The notes under the pieces were generated by a model. That model was given only the letters and a program-made list of their open reading frames with translations, had not been told where the DNA came from and searched no databases. Source: Massalongia carnosa (lineage: Eukaryota). From it: a DNA stretch of 64,000 nt. Below, one piece after another: positions 61,086-64,000 of the stretch. Position 1 is the first letter of the stretch. The number at the start of each line of letters is the position of its first letter. Made by a program: the position numbers and the translations under genes. The stretch lies in NCBI GenBank assembly GCA_965645245.1, contig OZ287083.1, forward strand, positions 1,116,001-1,180,000. The letters run 5' to 3'.

Positions 61086-63013
61086 TAACGAGTAAGAGAG
61101 GGAAGCCAGAGGACGCAAGTGGCGGTTGGAGCGAAAGTGAAAGGTATGAAGCCAAAGCAAATCTCGGTAGGTCTCTCAAGGCTTTCCCACGCGGAAGAGA
61201 ATATAGACTTGAGGGCAGAGTTTGGACTACCGGAAGCAAGACAGACAGAACGCAGCGAAACTTTTCTTACCCACTTACGAAACAGTAAAGTTCGACTCAT
61301 CATTTTACACACAATACACGACAAAAAATATGGAAAGATCCTCTACTTTAACATACGGCTGCCGGATACTTCTTTTCTTTCTAATTCGGATGACTCGTCG
61401 GTTGATCAATCTGGCAAACTCAATCAAATCCGACCAAGGCAATCAATTGATTCCTACTTGGGTAGGTCAGCTCTCTTGTATTTTCAGGCCTTTTGAAGAT
61501 CTTCTTGTGGACAGTTTGCGTGGATGTGGTGGATGTGGCTGGCTTTCTGGTTTTGGTCTGACCTATAGGGTTAGTTGGTTGACGAAGAGAATAGTTAAAC
61601 CTTTATCCTCATGTGAAATTAATTCAACTGTATGCGCATAGATAGAAGCAACATGAAATTCGCTCATTCCATTAACACTTGAAAACGCCATGTTCCAACC
61701 ACCATGCTGTTAATTAGGTGCATTTCAAGAGCATGTTTATTTGTCGGATATCCTCATACTCGTGCTTACCCCCTTTTGCAGGCCTGCTAGGTCAGAAACC
61801 TATATGTGGTGCAGGCTATCAACACCTCCTCGGAGGTGGCCAATATCTGATCATCGCCAACGCGGAAGCCCACCTTGGTGGCCGTTTGAATGATCAACGT
61901 CTCTACTGATCATTCACCACTTTGAAGGCATATAAAGCCCATTCATTCGGAATGGCCACACTTCCACACCTTCATTTATACGACACCACGATCTGCCCTC
62001 GATCACGGCCAGTCTTTCCTTCATTGAGTCAAAACGGTTAAAGAGAGAGAACGTTCGTCGAACGTGTGGAGATACACTGTCTAGTTCATCGAGTCTACAG
62101 GATTCCTAGCGCTTGAAGATCTGGGTGTATGCACCGCCTGGTAGAAGAACGATTTCGTTGCGTTCAATATGGAATTAGGGAGTGGTTTTATCCTGGGGGC
62201 TAGGTTTCCACTTCCTGACTGTTTATGTACATAAATAGCAGTCACAGCGTCATATCCATAGGATGCATACGCTTAATGAATTAATAACAATAAATACCCC
62301 CTTTTGCATCACACCCTTTATTAAAAAGACTAGAATAAATTCAAATCTGCGAGTAGTTGTCTCAAATCTTCAGTATCATCAACACATATAATCATTGCAT
62401 ACTCACTTGACAGTGCAAAGCTTTGTTGTTATTGCTGGTTGCCCCTATTTCGCTAAGCTTCTTCTGATTAGCGTTCCAGCTGACTAACGTGGCTGCGATA
62501 GCAAGTCTGAGCCGCAAAACTCAATATTACGGTCAGATATTCGTAATAACTAATGTATTATTGCGATATTTCAACATTTTGACGTCTTGCTTTTTCTTTT
62601 GGCACGGCTATTTCTTCAAAAGAAACTCAAGTTTAATTTGTATAGAAATTTTCCTGAAATTCCTATTCGTTATAAAGTTCATGTGGGTCAATCTGATTGC
62701 ACTTCGCATAGAAATCGAGAATCGACTTAACGAAAATAACAAGATGTATGTAAAATTGCTCTGCACGTTATAAACATAAATAAATGTTGAAATTTATAAC
62801 AAAAAATCAACAATACATCGATCGTGATCATATCAAGCGACGACGATACAAACATGAAGAGAATGAAGTTGTGACGTTCTATAAGGTCGAAATCGTTCTC
62901 GTCGTGATCGTTAAGTCATATTTGACTCGAAGAGAGAAGCTAGCTTAGCGTTGCGTTTAGCGCTGGTGCAAAAGGGGGTGAACACATTGACTCCTGTCCA
63001 AGCAATTTTTATA

Positions 63014-64000
63014 GGGTGCGGATACGGGCACACCCTATTAGCTACCTTAACACACTACTTTGCTACCTTCACACCCTACTTGGATACATTCACACCCCCG
63101 AAAAAGTAACCGCAAAAGGGAAAGTTTCCGCCCCCTTCCCTTTCCCAATTAGGGTAAGCGGCGCGAAATTTTGCCGCACCTGAAATTTCGCTGCATCTTT
63201 CGCAAAATTTCGTCGCATCTTGGAATTTCGCCGCAACCTTCTTCTTACTCCTGCAGAATGTCATCTTCCGATGACACGTTCAATGGTTTTGATACCGAAT
63301 CCAATTCTTCCGCTCCCAATCTCATCATCCTCGAAAGAGTCGCATCTGCCTCCCCTCCGCCAGCTTCTCCCCCTCCGCCAGCTTCTCCCCCTTCGTCAGC
63401 TTCAGCACCTCTTGCTGCTCCGGAAGAAGGACAATCCTTTGAGTCTTTGGAAGACTTGATTCAACGAGTCAATGAGCATGCTGGCCCGCGCGGTTATGCA
63501 ATTGTTCTCGCTCGTACGAAGAAGAATAAGGATGGAAATACGCGCAAAGCTTGGTTGATTTGCGATCGAGGAGGCAGAGTGAGAGAACCTCGCGGACAAA
63601 GTCGTCGTCATACTGCCAGCAGAGCCATTGCTTGTCCCTTTTCAATGATTGCGATTCGGGAAAAAGAGTCTGATATCTGGTTTTTGGAAGTGGTCAAATC
63701 GGAACATAATCATGCCTTGAGTTTGGCAGGGGCTCATCCAGTGCATCGAAAGATGGCTATCACCGCCGAGGTAAAAGATGAGATATCGCGTCAGCTAACT
63801 GTTCAGACTGCTCCATCGAAAGTGATTTCGAGTCTGCGCATACCTGATCTTACCACCGGAATCAATTGGGACGATCCGGCCAATCCTCGAGTCGTCAATC
63901 CCATGATCAAACCTCGAGACATCTACAATCTCAAGGCTCAACTTCGTCGCGAGGCTTTGGGACCGTTGACTCCCATACAGGCATTGATTCGAGAGCTTGA
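63014..64000 (+). mobile_element. Mutator/MULE transposon 5' end (continues beyond window)
   Basis: Terminal sequence GGGTGCGGATACGGGCACACCC followed by CTACCTT..CACCC repeats, upstream of a FAR1-type ORF. Confidence 0.8.
63258..64000 (+). CDS. MULE transposase N-terminus (FAR1/WRKY-like DNA-binding domain), partial
   Basis: FESLEDLIQRVNEHAGPRGYAIV..WLICDRGG..CPFSM..WFLEVVKSEHNH; open to the end of the window. Confidence 0.85.
   Translation, partial: MSSSDDTFNGFDTESNSSAPNLIILERVASASPPPASPPPPASPPSSASAPLAAPEEGQSFESLEDLIQRVNEHAGPRGYAIVLARTKKNKDGNTRKAWLICDRGGRVREPRGQSRRHTASRAIACPFSMIAIREKESDIWFLEVVKSEHNHALSLAGAHPVHRKMAITAEVKDEISRQLTVQTAPSKVISSLRIPDLTTGINWDDPANPRVVNPMIKPRDIYNLKAQLRREALGPLTPIQALIREL

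Noticed and set aside
62400..62990. AT-rich segment with weak inverted similarity (GCTAAGCTT / AGCTTAGCG) suggesting a TE remnant
   Set aside because: The match is too short and no TSD or coding motif was found.

Overview
Intron-containing genomic DNA of a filamentous ascomycete (Pezizomycotina; lichen-forming Lecanoromycetes is only a guess). Recognisable housekeeping genes: RER2-type cis-prenyltransferase, an RCC1-repeat protein, an FAD amine-oxidase-like protein, VTI1, KGD1, TFB1, a Uds1-domain coiled-coil protein, DSC2 and a YTH-domain protein, plus several hypothetical ORFs. A decaying tract at about 17-26 kb holds a frameshifted aldo-keto reductase, an apparently intact piggyBac with non-TTAA flanks (CTAT/ATAT), a broken Cys-rich membrane protein gene and a Zn alcohol dehydrogenase with a nonsense codon. 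A transposon island at 29.7-35.4 kb holds a MULE 3' remnant, a degenerate Tc1/IS630-type DD36E transposase followed by a six-copy repeat array with about 67-bp period, and a complete pogo/Fot1 element interrupted by a 119-bp solo LTR. A MULE begins at 63.0 kb and runs off the window. The most unusual items are the regularly spaced array beside the Tc1 transposase, a 93-bp-repeat ORF resembling a Kex2-processed peptide precursor, the piggyBac with mismatched target site, and two 59/71-bp hairpin elements sharing termini with the pogo element. All calls come from reading the sequence; no database search was run.
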